Positions 53,369 to 64,000 of a stretch of DNA of 64,000 bases are shown one piece after another. A program made the position numbers and the translations under genes. The number at the start of each line of letters is the position of its first letter. The stretch's first letter is position 1. The stretch lies in contig JAHRHZ010000266.1 in the NCBI GenBank assembly GCA_024137785.1, forward strand, positions 46,106,456-46,170,455. Direction: 5' to 3'. The notes beneath the pieces were generated by a model that worked only from the letters and a program-made list of their open reading frames with translations, made no database searches and had not been told where the DNA came from. Origin of the DNA: Ginglymostoma cirratum (lineage: Eukaryota).

Positions 53369-53836
53369 CTACAGAAGAAAATATTCACGAAGAAAAATGG
53401 GAAAGGTTTCTGTTAAACAGATAATATGCAAGGGCACACAGAAAAGGAGCAAAATCCAATTCCAGGGTTGCGCTGTTCATTGCCCTAAAATTCATTGTTT
53501 CACATATAAGTCCCTATTTTATTAGGGAATGATTTTTGGTATCCATTTAGCGGTTTCAAACACCTGTTATTATTTTGACATATTGCTGAAAATTCATTTG
53601 TTAATTACTATGAGAAATAAATCTCCATTTTTCATTCTTTCGCTGTTCATTGGATTTTTCTGAAACGTATCTCCTATGATAATGAGGACTCCCTGAAGAC
53701 TTACCTGAATAAATAAAGCATTTAGAAAAACATTGAATACTCTTCTATTTCAATATATTGATCATGTGGAATGCCATGAAACATGGTAAAACAGCAATTG
53801 TGCATTTCCATAAGCAGCTATTATAATGCATCAAAT

Positions 53837-54163
53837 GGGGTGGCACAGTGGCTTAGCAGTTAGCACTGCTGCCTCACAGTGTCAGGGACCCAGGTTCGGT
53901 TCCACCCTTGGGCGACTGTCTGTGTGGAGTTTACACGTTCTCCCTGTGTCTGCGTGGGTTTCCTCCAGGTGCTCTGGTTTCCTCCCACAGTCCAAAGACA
54001 TGTAGGCTAGGTGGATTGGCCATGCTAAATAGCCTGAGGTGTTCAGGGATGTGCAGATTAGGTGGGTTATATGGAGATGGGTCTGGGTGGAATGCTGTGA
54101 TGGTCAGTGTGGACTTGTTGGGCTGAAGGCCCTGTTTCCACACTGTAAAGATTATATTCTATG
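53837..54163 (+). mobile_element. HE1-type V-SINE, full length
   Basis: Same architecture as the copies at 8029, 19826 and 33383. Confidence 0.9.
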
Positions 54164-54479
54164 GTTACCAAGCACACACTTTTCCATTTACATGATGAAC
54201 TAAACAGGCTTTTCCCATAATTCACTGTTAGTTAGCTTATAATTTATTTATTTCTAATGTTTTTCTTCGACATCTTTCATGCCACACATAGTACTCCAAC
54301 TGAGAAAAACATCAGGTAAGCTTGGGTCTCAACTTTTAAGTGCACCTGTTTCCTGATCTTTAGCGATAATATTCACAATACTAAAGATAACCTGCCTGTC
54401 TACAGTTTGAAAGCAAACATTAAAGCTTCTTTCATGCATAAGTCTCATGTCTCTTCACCATGTCTCTCCAGACTTCCGT

Positions 54480-55290
54480 TACTCCTAAATTGTCTGATTG
54501 TAGTTGAGAAGCAGTATGATCAGAAGATTCCTCCAGTTAAAGACTGAGAAGACTGTAGCCTTTGTTTTTGAGCCCGACTTCAAAATTCATTCCATAGCTA
54601 CTGACTTTATCCCTCCCCCAGACATCAGCCTGAGGCTAAACCAGGTATATTGATGAACTTTCAACTGTATATTTGGACCATCATGAAGTCCACCTACTTT
54701 CAATCCTGGAACATCGCCTGACTCTGCCCCTACCTGATCTCTTCTGACGCTTAAACATTCCTTCATGCTTCTGTTACCTTTAGATTTGACATTCTGATTG
54801 ACTTTGGATAGTCTCTCACATTCTATCCTCCATAAATCAGGCCCCTTTAAATCTCTACTGTCTATTTTGTAATTCTCACCAATTCCATTCACTATTCACG
54901 TCTGAGCTTGCTGATCCACCTTGGCTTCCACACTCAAGAAACAACTCAATTTTCAAATTCTCATCCTTGCTTTCAAATTCCTCTAACCCTACTTCCTCTC
55001 CATCTCAAGATTCACCTCCAACCCGAGAATCCCCAGTTTTGATTATTACAACACTGGCAGCAAATTATCAGTTGTCTGACCTCTAAGGTTCTGCAATTTC
55101 CTGTACAAACCTCTCTGTCTTTCTAATTCACTTTTCACCTTCAAGACTCTCCTTAAAATTCCTTAGATTGTCTGCTCTAATACTTCCTAATTTAGCTGCT
55201 GTTGTCATTTTATTTTATAATACCTCCTTAAAGCGCCTTGGGATGTTTTATGCTAAAAGGGGCAATGTAATTGCAAGTTACTGTTATTGA
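54480..55290 (+). mobile_element. L2-type LINE 3' fragment with tail
   Basis: Remnants of YFHLRNIARLRP-like and IHAFVTSRLD-like motifs; tail 'aagcgccttgggatg...attgcaagttactgtt'. Confidence 0.75.
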
Positions 55291-55344
55291 TTTCCCAATT
55301 TAAGATTGTTTTAGTTAATTTCCTTATTAGGTATGAAAAGACAT

Positions 55345-55565
55345 TATGCAGCAATTGGTCAGGATCTGGAATGTACTACCTCAGAGTCTGGTGGAGGCAA
55401 TAGTGCCTTTCAAGAAGCATTTAGATAGGCACATGAAGAGCAACATTTCCAGAGCTAAGGAAAATGGCAGGGGAGTGGGACTAGCTGAGGTGCTCTTGAA
55501 AAGAGCTGGCATAACCACAATGACCCAAAAAGCCTTCTAATATGCTGGAATCATCTAGTATTCTG
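55345..55565 (+). mobile_element. CR1 3' end relic
   Basis: Peptide QQLVRIWNVLPQSLVEA..FKKHLDRHM. Confidence 0.7.
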
Positions 55566-56237
55566 TGAAAAAGCCTACCAGTTGTAGAATTGCATGTTGA
55601 CAACTGTATAAACACTTGCTGAATTGTCAGGTATCAAGGTGAAGAAGACAGTTGTCAGCAGGTTTTAGAAATATGAGGTGTGTAGAAGTTGGCAACAACA
55701 ACTCCACTGGAAGTTCCTATTTATGCAATTCTACCTCCCTTCATTAGGTGAAAGGAGATGGCATGAGAGACAGATGACCAACTCACCCTACAGCCTTGAG
55801 GCAGCATGCATCTAGTTGCTGCAAAACCTGAAACAGGACACACTTGTCATATTCCAGGGATCATAATATGTTTATATAAACTACTAAAGAAGAATTATAA
55901 CTCCTTGTTAGATTATTAACTTCTGTGGCAGTTCTAACACTCCTGTCCTAATAAGTATTCCATTGGAGTTGCTGATCTGTTAATTAATACACAACTTGCA
56001 ATCGTAACAAGTCTCGGCAGTATGTGATACCGACAGCAACTCCAGAAGGTGATCACAACCGTATGATATTACATGCTTATATTGGGAACCATGCCATCTG
56101 ACTAGTTAACTTTTAACTGAAGATTGCTGGTACCAGATTTATCTGTAGAAAAGACTGTGAGAATGACAGCAATAGATTGGAATGGAGAGTAAAGTTGTAT
56201 ATTACCAGTCTTGAATACAACAGGACTTATATAAAAA

Positions 56238-56462
56238 GGTAAAGGTAAGGTAGCCATAGTCTTAACAGGCAATTAGGCTTCTCTCATTACAGCAAGACAT
56301 CTGGTGAGCGTGCAAGCTGAAGTCATCATGTTTCAGCTGGGGGAGAGATTGAGAAGGACAGCCCGTCATAGTAACCTCATCCAGTGCAGGAATTGAACTC
56401 ATATTGTTGGTATCATGCAGCATATGAACCAGCTGTCCAGCGAACTGAGCTATCTGGCCTCC
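56238..56462 (-). mobile_element. tRNA-derived SINE (family C)
   Basis: Reverse complement 'ggccagatagctcagttcgctgga...gagttcaattcc...' with a (CCTTTA)-like tail; paralog at 61326. Confidence 0.65.
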
Positions 56463-56789
56463 TGTAGGACTTTTATATATACATTAAAAAGTATGAATCA
56501 TATCGTGTTTAAATATTAAGCACATCTTTCCTTCAAAGTACTGATCTTCTCACGTATTCCAAACTCTTTTGTTTTAAGTATTCTCAGCAAGTCTTTGTAC
56601 TTTTATGTCTTTTATACATTAACTTGAATATGATTTCCTAATTTAACTTAAGTTCAACACTAAAGGTTTTTTACATATACATTAAGAGAAGGAGAGTAAT
56701 TTGAGACCACTAATAACAGATGCAGATAATATTGTAATTTTTAATCAGAAAAAAAATCTAGATTTGCAAATTAGCAATTCTAAAAAATT

Positions 56790-57005
56790 ATTTTATGGGA
56801 TGTGGGCATCACTAACAAGGCTAGCATTTGTGCTCATCCCTAATTGCTTTTGAAAAGGCAGTTAAGGATCAACCATGTTGTTTGGGTCTACAATCACATG
56901 CAAGCCACACCAAGTAAAGATGGCAGATTGCCCTCTCTAAAGGGCATTAATTAACCAGATGGGTTTATTAAAACAATCAAGAACAATTATCATGGTCATT
57001 ACTGA
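56790..57005 (-). mobile_element. Family-B SINE 3' portion
   Basis: Reverse complement of about 50415-50630. Confidence 0.7.
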
Positions 57006-57164
57006 GATGCTGAAAGCACATCTCTGATTGGCCCACAGCTTTTGGTAACCTGACACACTCGCGTCAAAGTGACTGATAGGAAAAGAAATATGCCTACACC
57101 TTGCTTAACAGTTCTAAATAAACAGATAGATGTGCAAAAAAACAGTTAACTATCTCACCAGTGT

Positions 57165-57398
57165 GCGCAGTGGGAACACTACCACCTGTAAGTTCCCCTC
57201 CGAGCCACTAACCATCTTGGCTTGGAAATACATCACCGTTCCTTCAGCGTCTCTGAGTCAAAATCCTGGAATTCCCTCCCTATCGTAGGTCTACCTAAAG
57301 CACATGGACTGCAGTGGTTCAAGACGGCATCTCACTACTACTTTCTCAGGACGAGGGACAGCCAGCAACGCCCATATCTCACAAGAGAATTTTAAAAA
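57165..57398 (+). mobile_element. Family-B LINE 3' end
   Basis: Aligns with 43025-43272. Confidence 0.85.
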
Positions 57399-57989
57399 AG
57401 TATGTTAGTCTCCACCTCTCCCTTGGCCAATTATGAGAAACTCCTGGCTTTGGATTCTGAAATTGTATCCTTGAATCTGAAATCTTCCAATACTCAACTA
57501 ATACTTAATACTGAAGTAGCTTACAACAGATAAATTAAGTGATTAAAGAGCCATTTAGCCTAACATCTGTTGTGGAGAAGTTCCTAGAATCAGTTTAGAA
57601 CAGTGACTGGCTAGTTGAAAGAATGTAAGCTGACCAGTGGGAACCAGTATAGATTTGTAAAGAATAAGACATGTCCAACAAACCTAGGTGTACATTGCTA
57701 AAAAAAAGACATAAGTTGGCAAAACTTTTCATCTTGAACACATCTGGGCAATTCACAAGTAGTAGCTGAAGATGCCACTTGTCAAAAGGACAGCACTGAT
57801 TGGTAGAGGCATTGTCATGGAGATGGACAGTTAAACAAAGCTGGGCAGTTAACTGGCAGTCATCATTAACTGGTACATTCTCCAAGGCAACACCTTATAA
57901 AGTTCATTTGTCAAACAATCAGTCCTCTTCTTTTACACATTATAAACATCGATGAGTGTAACATGAATGGGTTTGACTTTTTTTTCAAT

Positions 57990-58365
57990 AATACTTGGGT
58001 TCCATGCTAACAAATGACTTTGTGTATCCTGAGTTTATATGCCGAAGGTGAAGAAGAATTAACATAGAAGACTAGATTCTGTTCATATTATTGGTATGAA
58101 CTTCCAGAAGCATTTAACAATGTTACACCTGATTGTTACCAAAATGAGTGTGAATGGAGTTGAAAATAGTTTATTGAAGTCGACAGGAATTAGTTATGAG
58201 GTAGTTAACAGATAGCAAGGTTAACAGGTATATAATCCCATTGGTTTTGTAATTGGAGGTTATCCCTCAGGATCTGTATTAGAACCATAGCTTATCAAAT
58301 GACCTCAATTGAGTAACAGACAGTTGAATATCCAAGTTTTCTGATGATAATAATTATAGGACAGT
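57990..58365 (+). mobile_element. Very degenerate CR1 RT fragment
   Basis: 'aacttccagaagcatttaacaatgtt', 'ccctcaggatctgtattagaacca' (PQGSVL.P), 'aagttttctgatgataat' (KF.DD). Confidence 0.6.
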
Positions 58366-58726
58366 GACCATAATGGGGAGAGATGGTGGTCAGTGGCAAG
58401 GGTAAGGGTGTGGCTTTTAGCAACCACCCCTGCTCAATTCCTATCTATCGATCAGACAGAAAGTATTGGGCCATGAGGGATCACCCCCCCCCCATTACAG
58501 GCCACTAGCAAACGTCCAACAGGACATGCTGAGTGGCCTTCCAAAGACATAGGATACACATATATAAAGGCTTCCACTGAATCCCTAAGTTATCAATAAA
58601 TTAAGGTGGACTCAGGGACATGCGATGAGTAACTGGCTCGTTAATGAATCAACATGTTTCAGATAAACAAAATGTATTCAAGTAACTTGCAAGTATCCAA
58701 ATCAAGTACAACTGCTTTTTGCTTTA

Positions 58727-59060
58727 GGGTGAGGCAATGGTGTGGAGGTAATGTCACCAGCCTCGCAATGTAGAGTACCTGCACCAGTATCCTGGAGACC
58801 TGAGTTCAAATCCCACTATAACAGATAGTGAATTAACTAAAATCTGGAATTTAAAAGATATTTGTATAGGTACATGAATAGGAAAGGTTTGGAGGGAAAT
58901 GGGTCAGGTACAGGCAGGTTGGACTAGTTTACTTTGGGATTATGTTCGGCATGGACTGGTTGGACCAAAGAGTCTGTTTCTGTGCTGTATGACTCTAAAA
59001 GCTATCTGATGGCTATGTAGCAATTACTGTAAAATCCTATCAAGATTTTATACAAGGTAC
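58727..59060 (+). mobile_element. Family-B SINE head interrupted by a CR1 3' tail (about 58855-58997)
   Basis: 'gggtgaggcaatggtgtgg...gagttcaaatcccac...aatctggaatt' followed by 'atgaataggaaaggtttggaggga...ctgtatgactcta'. Confidence 0.65.
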
Positions 59061-60283
59061 AACTGCCTATTCTCCTTACTTCTCTAGCACCCTCCTCTCC
59101 CAAAGGCAACAGGCAAATAGAACTTCAGTGTCAGTCTACTGTTGATGCGTCGAGAAATGGTAGAGTTAGTCATGTGCTTTGCAGGTTGAATGTCTTAATA
59201 GCAAACACTGGCAAAGATTCCTCAGTTTTTGTTATGTTCTCTAAGCGCATAAGAAGAGAAATGAGAGACAGGGCTGTCCCAGTAAGGGATGGGGGAAATT
59301 TACATGGATTGTAATTTTCTCAAATTATTTTTTACTACCTAATAACTCATTGTTATCAAGATATTATAGCAAGCAAATGCCCGCACAATAGTATCACAAA
59401 TTTAGAGTGTCAAGAAATACATTTATTCACAATTGTATTTTATAATACAGTATTGACCGGGCACGATTGAGTAAATTATTGTATGGTTGCACAGTGATTC
59501 TCAATACCGATTCACCAGGCTGCACTTTTATGTTATATTAGAGGTTCATTGAATGGAGGTTTGGTTTATTTCTTAAAACATAAAACAGCATTACCAGAAT
59601 GATGCATAGCAAAAATTTCCTTTCGTCACTCTACAGCAACACAAGCACATGCAATGTCACTTATTGTTAAAATGGAAGAGACCATACATAAACTTTAAGA
59701 TAGCTTAAATTATCTGTTTCTTCAAATGTGTCACTCAAAATATGAATTTATAATGTCATCAGCTGGATTTCTATAGTGTTCTTTTAAAAGATTCCTTGAA
59801 AATATAATTTACTTGAACAAACATTTTTCAAAGCAAATGACACAGGCCAATAATAGCTAACATGCTGCATTTGTGAAGAATACAAACTATTTGACAGTTT
59901 AAAGGCCGCTCAGGGAGCGATCTCAAGACTTAGCTCTTGAGGGTAAATAAACTACTGGACTTTTAACTCACAAGGAGAAAATATGCCAATGACCGGAATG
60001 GAAACAGCTGTCTGCCGCTCTCTTTTTCTTTGAAATAATCACATTAATGCTGAGCTGTTGATTTGAAGGTCCATCAGAAGTCTCCGTTGCCACATTGAAA
60101 ATCAACTCTGCGAAAACTGCTGAGTGACTGCTCCAGTAAGAAATTCTAGTACCAGTTACGAATGCAGGGACCCTTCAGTTGAAAATAAAATTCTGGACTG
60201 TGTGTGAATCCTTCTTCCCGACCTTACTTGTTACTTGGCCTAGTTTTAAGATCTGATATCCTGCAAATTTTACTGCATTTTTT

Positions 60284-60284
<1 letters not shown>

Positions 60285-60352
<68 letters not shown>
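60285..60352. repeat. (GT)34 perfect microsatellite
   Basis: 68 nt of uninterrupted GT. Confidence 0.99.
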
Positions 60353-60354
<2 letters not shown>

Positions 60355-61325
60355 TCACATCAGTGAAAATGAAACACTCTACTCTACAAGATAGTGCACC
60401 TAAGGGCCAATCAGATGTGATGCAATTGTATGCAGCTCCCTGGTAAACTCTGAGTTGTATCTCATGATCAGTGTGTCAGTATATCTTTAAGAGATATAAT
60501 ATCATCATTGTATCATCACATGTGCCTTAAGGAAATAAAAATTTGATACTCCACCTTACCTTGGTTCACTTGGAGATCAGTACTCTACTGGAAGCATGTT
60601 TTTCTCTCATAAACCAACAGCTTAAAACTAGCTCAGACATTTATGTGAGTGAGGAATATAACTGACACCAGTAAGTATGAAGAACAGAAAAAACATCAGG
60701 TATCAATTGCAATTATTGTTGGAAGATTCTGCAGCCTCAGTAGGGCCTATAAATATGGAAGAAGACTCGAGCTTGACAGGTTGATATTTTGAATGACAGA
60801 TTTAAATGTCACAAATTAGTAGGTGGTACTGTTTATGCAGAACATTGAGTTGGAGAATCAAGATTATCACAAAGTCAAACTGCAATAATTTTGACATTTA
60901 TGTTTTTATTGTAAATGGTGATTAAGTCAAAATAAATAATTCAAACTTAATAACTGTGATTTACTATCAATCGATATAATTCTCCTTTGCCCATTCCCTA
61001 TCTCCAACATGTTATCTCCAAATCAAAAGAAGGGACATCTGGATGGGAAACTACATATTTGGTTCAGGTGTCAAAAGTCATTTAAAATTAATGACATACT
61101 TTACAGTAATGAGGGATTATAAGTGCAATGCCTCACTCCTGAGAATCGAGATTGACATTCCATTCTTTGAGGATTATCTGTTAAAATTGTTACATGAACA
61201 TAATTGAACATGAGGGATTCAATTGTGGTCTGATAATTTACAGCTAAGGTCAGGTACAATCAATCATAAGATGTGCTGTACACTGTACATAATGCTTGTT
61301 CTCGCTAGCTGGTCATTGCTGACTT

Positions 61326-61535
61326 GGGAGTTCATTAGCTCAGTTGGCTAGATGGCAGTACAAGGCCAACAGCATAGGTTCATAACCCTGTACCAGCTGT
61401 CATCGTCCATAAAGGCCTGCCTGATCAATGCTTATGGAGTGGCTTCCCTCAAGCTATGCATAACAAATTGGCTTTCTCCAATTGAGAGAGACGTCTATGG
61501 TCATTTGTGGATTATGGCTCCTTATCTTACTTACC
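61326..61535 (+). mobile_element. tRNA-derived SINE (family C)
   Basis: 'ttagctcagttggctaga...ggttcataacc...ctatggtc...cttacttacc'; paralog of 56238-56462. Confidence 0.6.
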
Positions 61536-62989
61536 TCTCATTGTAACGAGCATTTGTACACACAGTCTGCCAGCTAATGATCAGAATTCTCAGCATCAGT
61601 AGAGTCAGTCATTCTTGTGTCCTCCACTATTATTGAATGCTGTTTAATATGAATTTACTGTAAACAATCTATCATTGCACTAACAGCTTTGTTGATAATT
61701 TTCAGACACTTTTTTTAAAAACATTTTCTTTTTGTATTTGGAACTGATGCAGCATATACGCCAGGTAGCGTAAGAGCAGCATGTTTCATTCCTTGATAGA
61801 CAATGAACCAGTTGGGTTTTTATGAAAATCCGACATCTCCACAGTAACTTTAGTGATACTAGCATTTCAGTTACCAATAGCTTCAAGAAAAGTAAGGGAG
61901 AGTGAATATTACTGAGCCAATACCCGGCAGTGGCGTTTTGTTGAGACACACGTAAATCCAAGCTATCTTTTCCTCTGGCCAATCTATCATAAATTTCAAA
62001 GCTAACACAATAGGAGAAATTACTCATGTGATAATGGCACATGAATGCTTCAAAAGATTGTTCAGTATTCTGTCCTCCGTTATTTTAACGGATGATTGCA
62101 GGGTTAAAGTAATTTAATAATTGGATTAATTGCAGACCCCTTTTAAAATTTCAAGAAAAGGGAAGTCATGTGTTAACCTGCAATAACGTTCGAAAGTAAT
62201 TGCTTGCATACGTTGCGTTTCTAATAATAAAAACATAATTTTCTAATATTGGAAATTAAACCTATTGCACAGAAGATTCAATGAAATGAGAACTAAACTC
62301 TGCATAACCACAGTTTGCAGAACTGCACGACTAGACCCTCTGGATCCTCTTAATTATTAATATCACTCCTCACGTTTCCCTGGAGGCAGAATATATAGGG
62401 TGAGGGCTTTCTCTTTGGGTTCTACACAGTAATGAAGAGAATCTCCAACATGGCACTAATAAACTGACTGAAAATCATTTTCAAAATTATAGACATAGCT
62501 CAATTCTGTAACACACTCACTAGCAGGACGATTGTCAACAACATAAATTGAATTAGCACTTAGTAGTAACTGTGAAAACATGGGCTCTGAATGCTTTAAA
62601 TGAAGTAAAACCTTCATCATTCCAACACACTATTTCTACATCCTTGCCACAACTGGAAGTGCAGCGACAATCATGCTAAAATAAAGCCAGCTAACATAAG
62701 TACAGAAGGACCAGTCTTCTTGTTTCAACTAATGCATCTGAGACTAGCCTTGAAGAAAAGCAGACAACTCTCAGACATATTCCAGAACATTCCTCCAAGA
62801 TCAACAATTTAAGTAGTTCATCATTACTATAAAACAGCCATGAAATTTCCTCGCAGAAATTCACTGAATTCCTAATGAAGTAGCGTCTGTGCCATTATGA
62901 AATCTCAGTTCCATCTCTTTTGGTGGCAAACATTAAGTACATTCAAATAAAAGCATAATACAGATGACATTAGAGATCTGAAGTACTGT

Positions 62990-63555
62990 AAAAACAGAAA
63001 GTGCTGGAGAAACCTGACAGGTCCAGTAGCCTCTGCAGAGACAGCAACAGAGTTAATATTTTACATCCAATGACTCTTCTTCATCTACAACCCCCACACC
63101 GTGTGTGGTTTGTAGGGGTTTGTAATCAGCAGAGCTAGCCTATTTTCATAATTAACAGTCACAGTCATTTTGCATTTCAATTTGTCTTTTGCACTCGGCA
63201 CCTTCACCATCTGTTCCATCCGCTTCCCTTTCTACCCTTGTCAACAAACTAAAACCATCCTTTATCGGCCACCTCCCCTTCCGAAGAAGAGCTAAAACAG
63301 AAATTGCTGGAGAAACTCAGCAGCTCAGTATCTGTGGAGAGAAAGCCTGTGACCCTTCCTCAAAACTTGAAACGTTAACTTGGTTTTCTCCCCACAGATG
63401 CTGCTAGACCCGTTAAGATTCACCAGCACTTTGTGTTTTTGTTTGTTTCAGATCTACAACATCCACAGTTCTCTGTTTTATATCAAAGAAGAATTAACTC
63501 TGTTTCTGTCTCAAATGATGCTGCCGGAACTGCTGAGTTTTTCCAGCCCTTTCTC
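62990..63555. mobile_element. Cluster of PLE pLTR fragments (one family) in both orientations
   Basis: Minus pieces at 62990-63083 and 63293-63360; plus pieces at 63367-63480 (starting 'tgaaacgttaactt') and 63494-63555; all mutually alignable. Confidence 0.7.
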
Positions 63556-63659
63556 TCTATATATTGAATAAGTATATCTATCTGAAAATCCTAAAAAGTA
63601 ATAACTGAGAAGATGTATACCTCGATTTCTGCCAATAGTGGAAGAAAGTAGGATCTGAT

Positions 63660-63878
63660 AGACCAATAAATGTTGGAATCAGTATCTATAGGTGTGAAGT
63701 TTGAAAAGCACAGCAGGTCAGACAGCATCAGAGGAGCAGAAAAGTCAACACATTGGACTAAAACCTTTCATCAGGATTGGTCCTGCTCCTGCCTCTCAGA
63801 TGCTGTCTAACCTGCTGTGCTTTTCCAGCTTCACACCTATAACTCTGACTTGCAGCATCTGCAGTCCTTAATGTCTCC
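63660..63878. mobile_element. Inverted PLE pLTR pair (family of 6560-6686)
   Basis: 63687-63729 pairs with 63799-63841 (43 bp, 3 mismatches); decayed CTGATGA core on the minus strand at 63768-63774. Confidence 0.8.
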
Positions 63879-64000
63879 AAATGTGAGAATCAGTCACCCA
63901 ATGAATTTATTTAGCTGCTATAAAGACTCTCTAAATCTCGACCTTTCTGGTAAATAGCAAATATGCGGGTTAAAATGTTGGAACAGTTAAAATAATGGGC

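Noticed and set aside
53471-53652. 12-bp direct repeat cgctgttcattg
   Set aside because: The intervening sequence has no recognisable element ends or tail; may be chance.
65-63571. Most short ORFs in the six-frame track
   Set aside because: They are 60-120 aa, often start at TTG/GTG, show no recognisable domains and often overlap SINEs or LINEs; expected noise in vertebrate non-coding DNA.
1-64000. CRISPR arrays, operons or prokaryotic defence systems
   Set aside because: No regularly spaced repeats or gene-dense coding; the sequence is vertebrate-type.

Overview
Eukaryotic, AT-rich, repeat-dense DNA, most likely from an elasmobranch (shark or ray): it carries four HE1-type V-SINEs, CR1/HER1-type LINE relics, a Deu-domain SINE and Neptune-type Penelope-like elements (PLEs). 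I recognise no host protein-coding gene, so the window looks intronic or intergenic; a few low-confidence minus-strand exon candidates and one possible recursive splice site are noted. The recognisable peptides in the ORF track come from decayed retrotransposons: PLE RT/GIY-YIG at 5.4-6.6 kb, CR1-group ORF1/APE/RT at 27-30 kb and 42-44 kb, and a possible RTE C-terminus at 22.4 kb. The most notable signal is about four distinct PLE pseudo-LTR families with minimal hammerhead-ribozyme motifs, often in inverted pairs; the best is a 94-bp inverted repeat at 14864-15125 holding an intact-looking hammerhead. There is a 400-N assembly gap. Family names come from recalled consensus features, not database searches, and boundaries of degenerate repeats are approximate.
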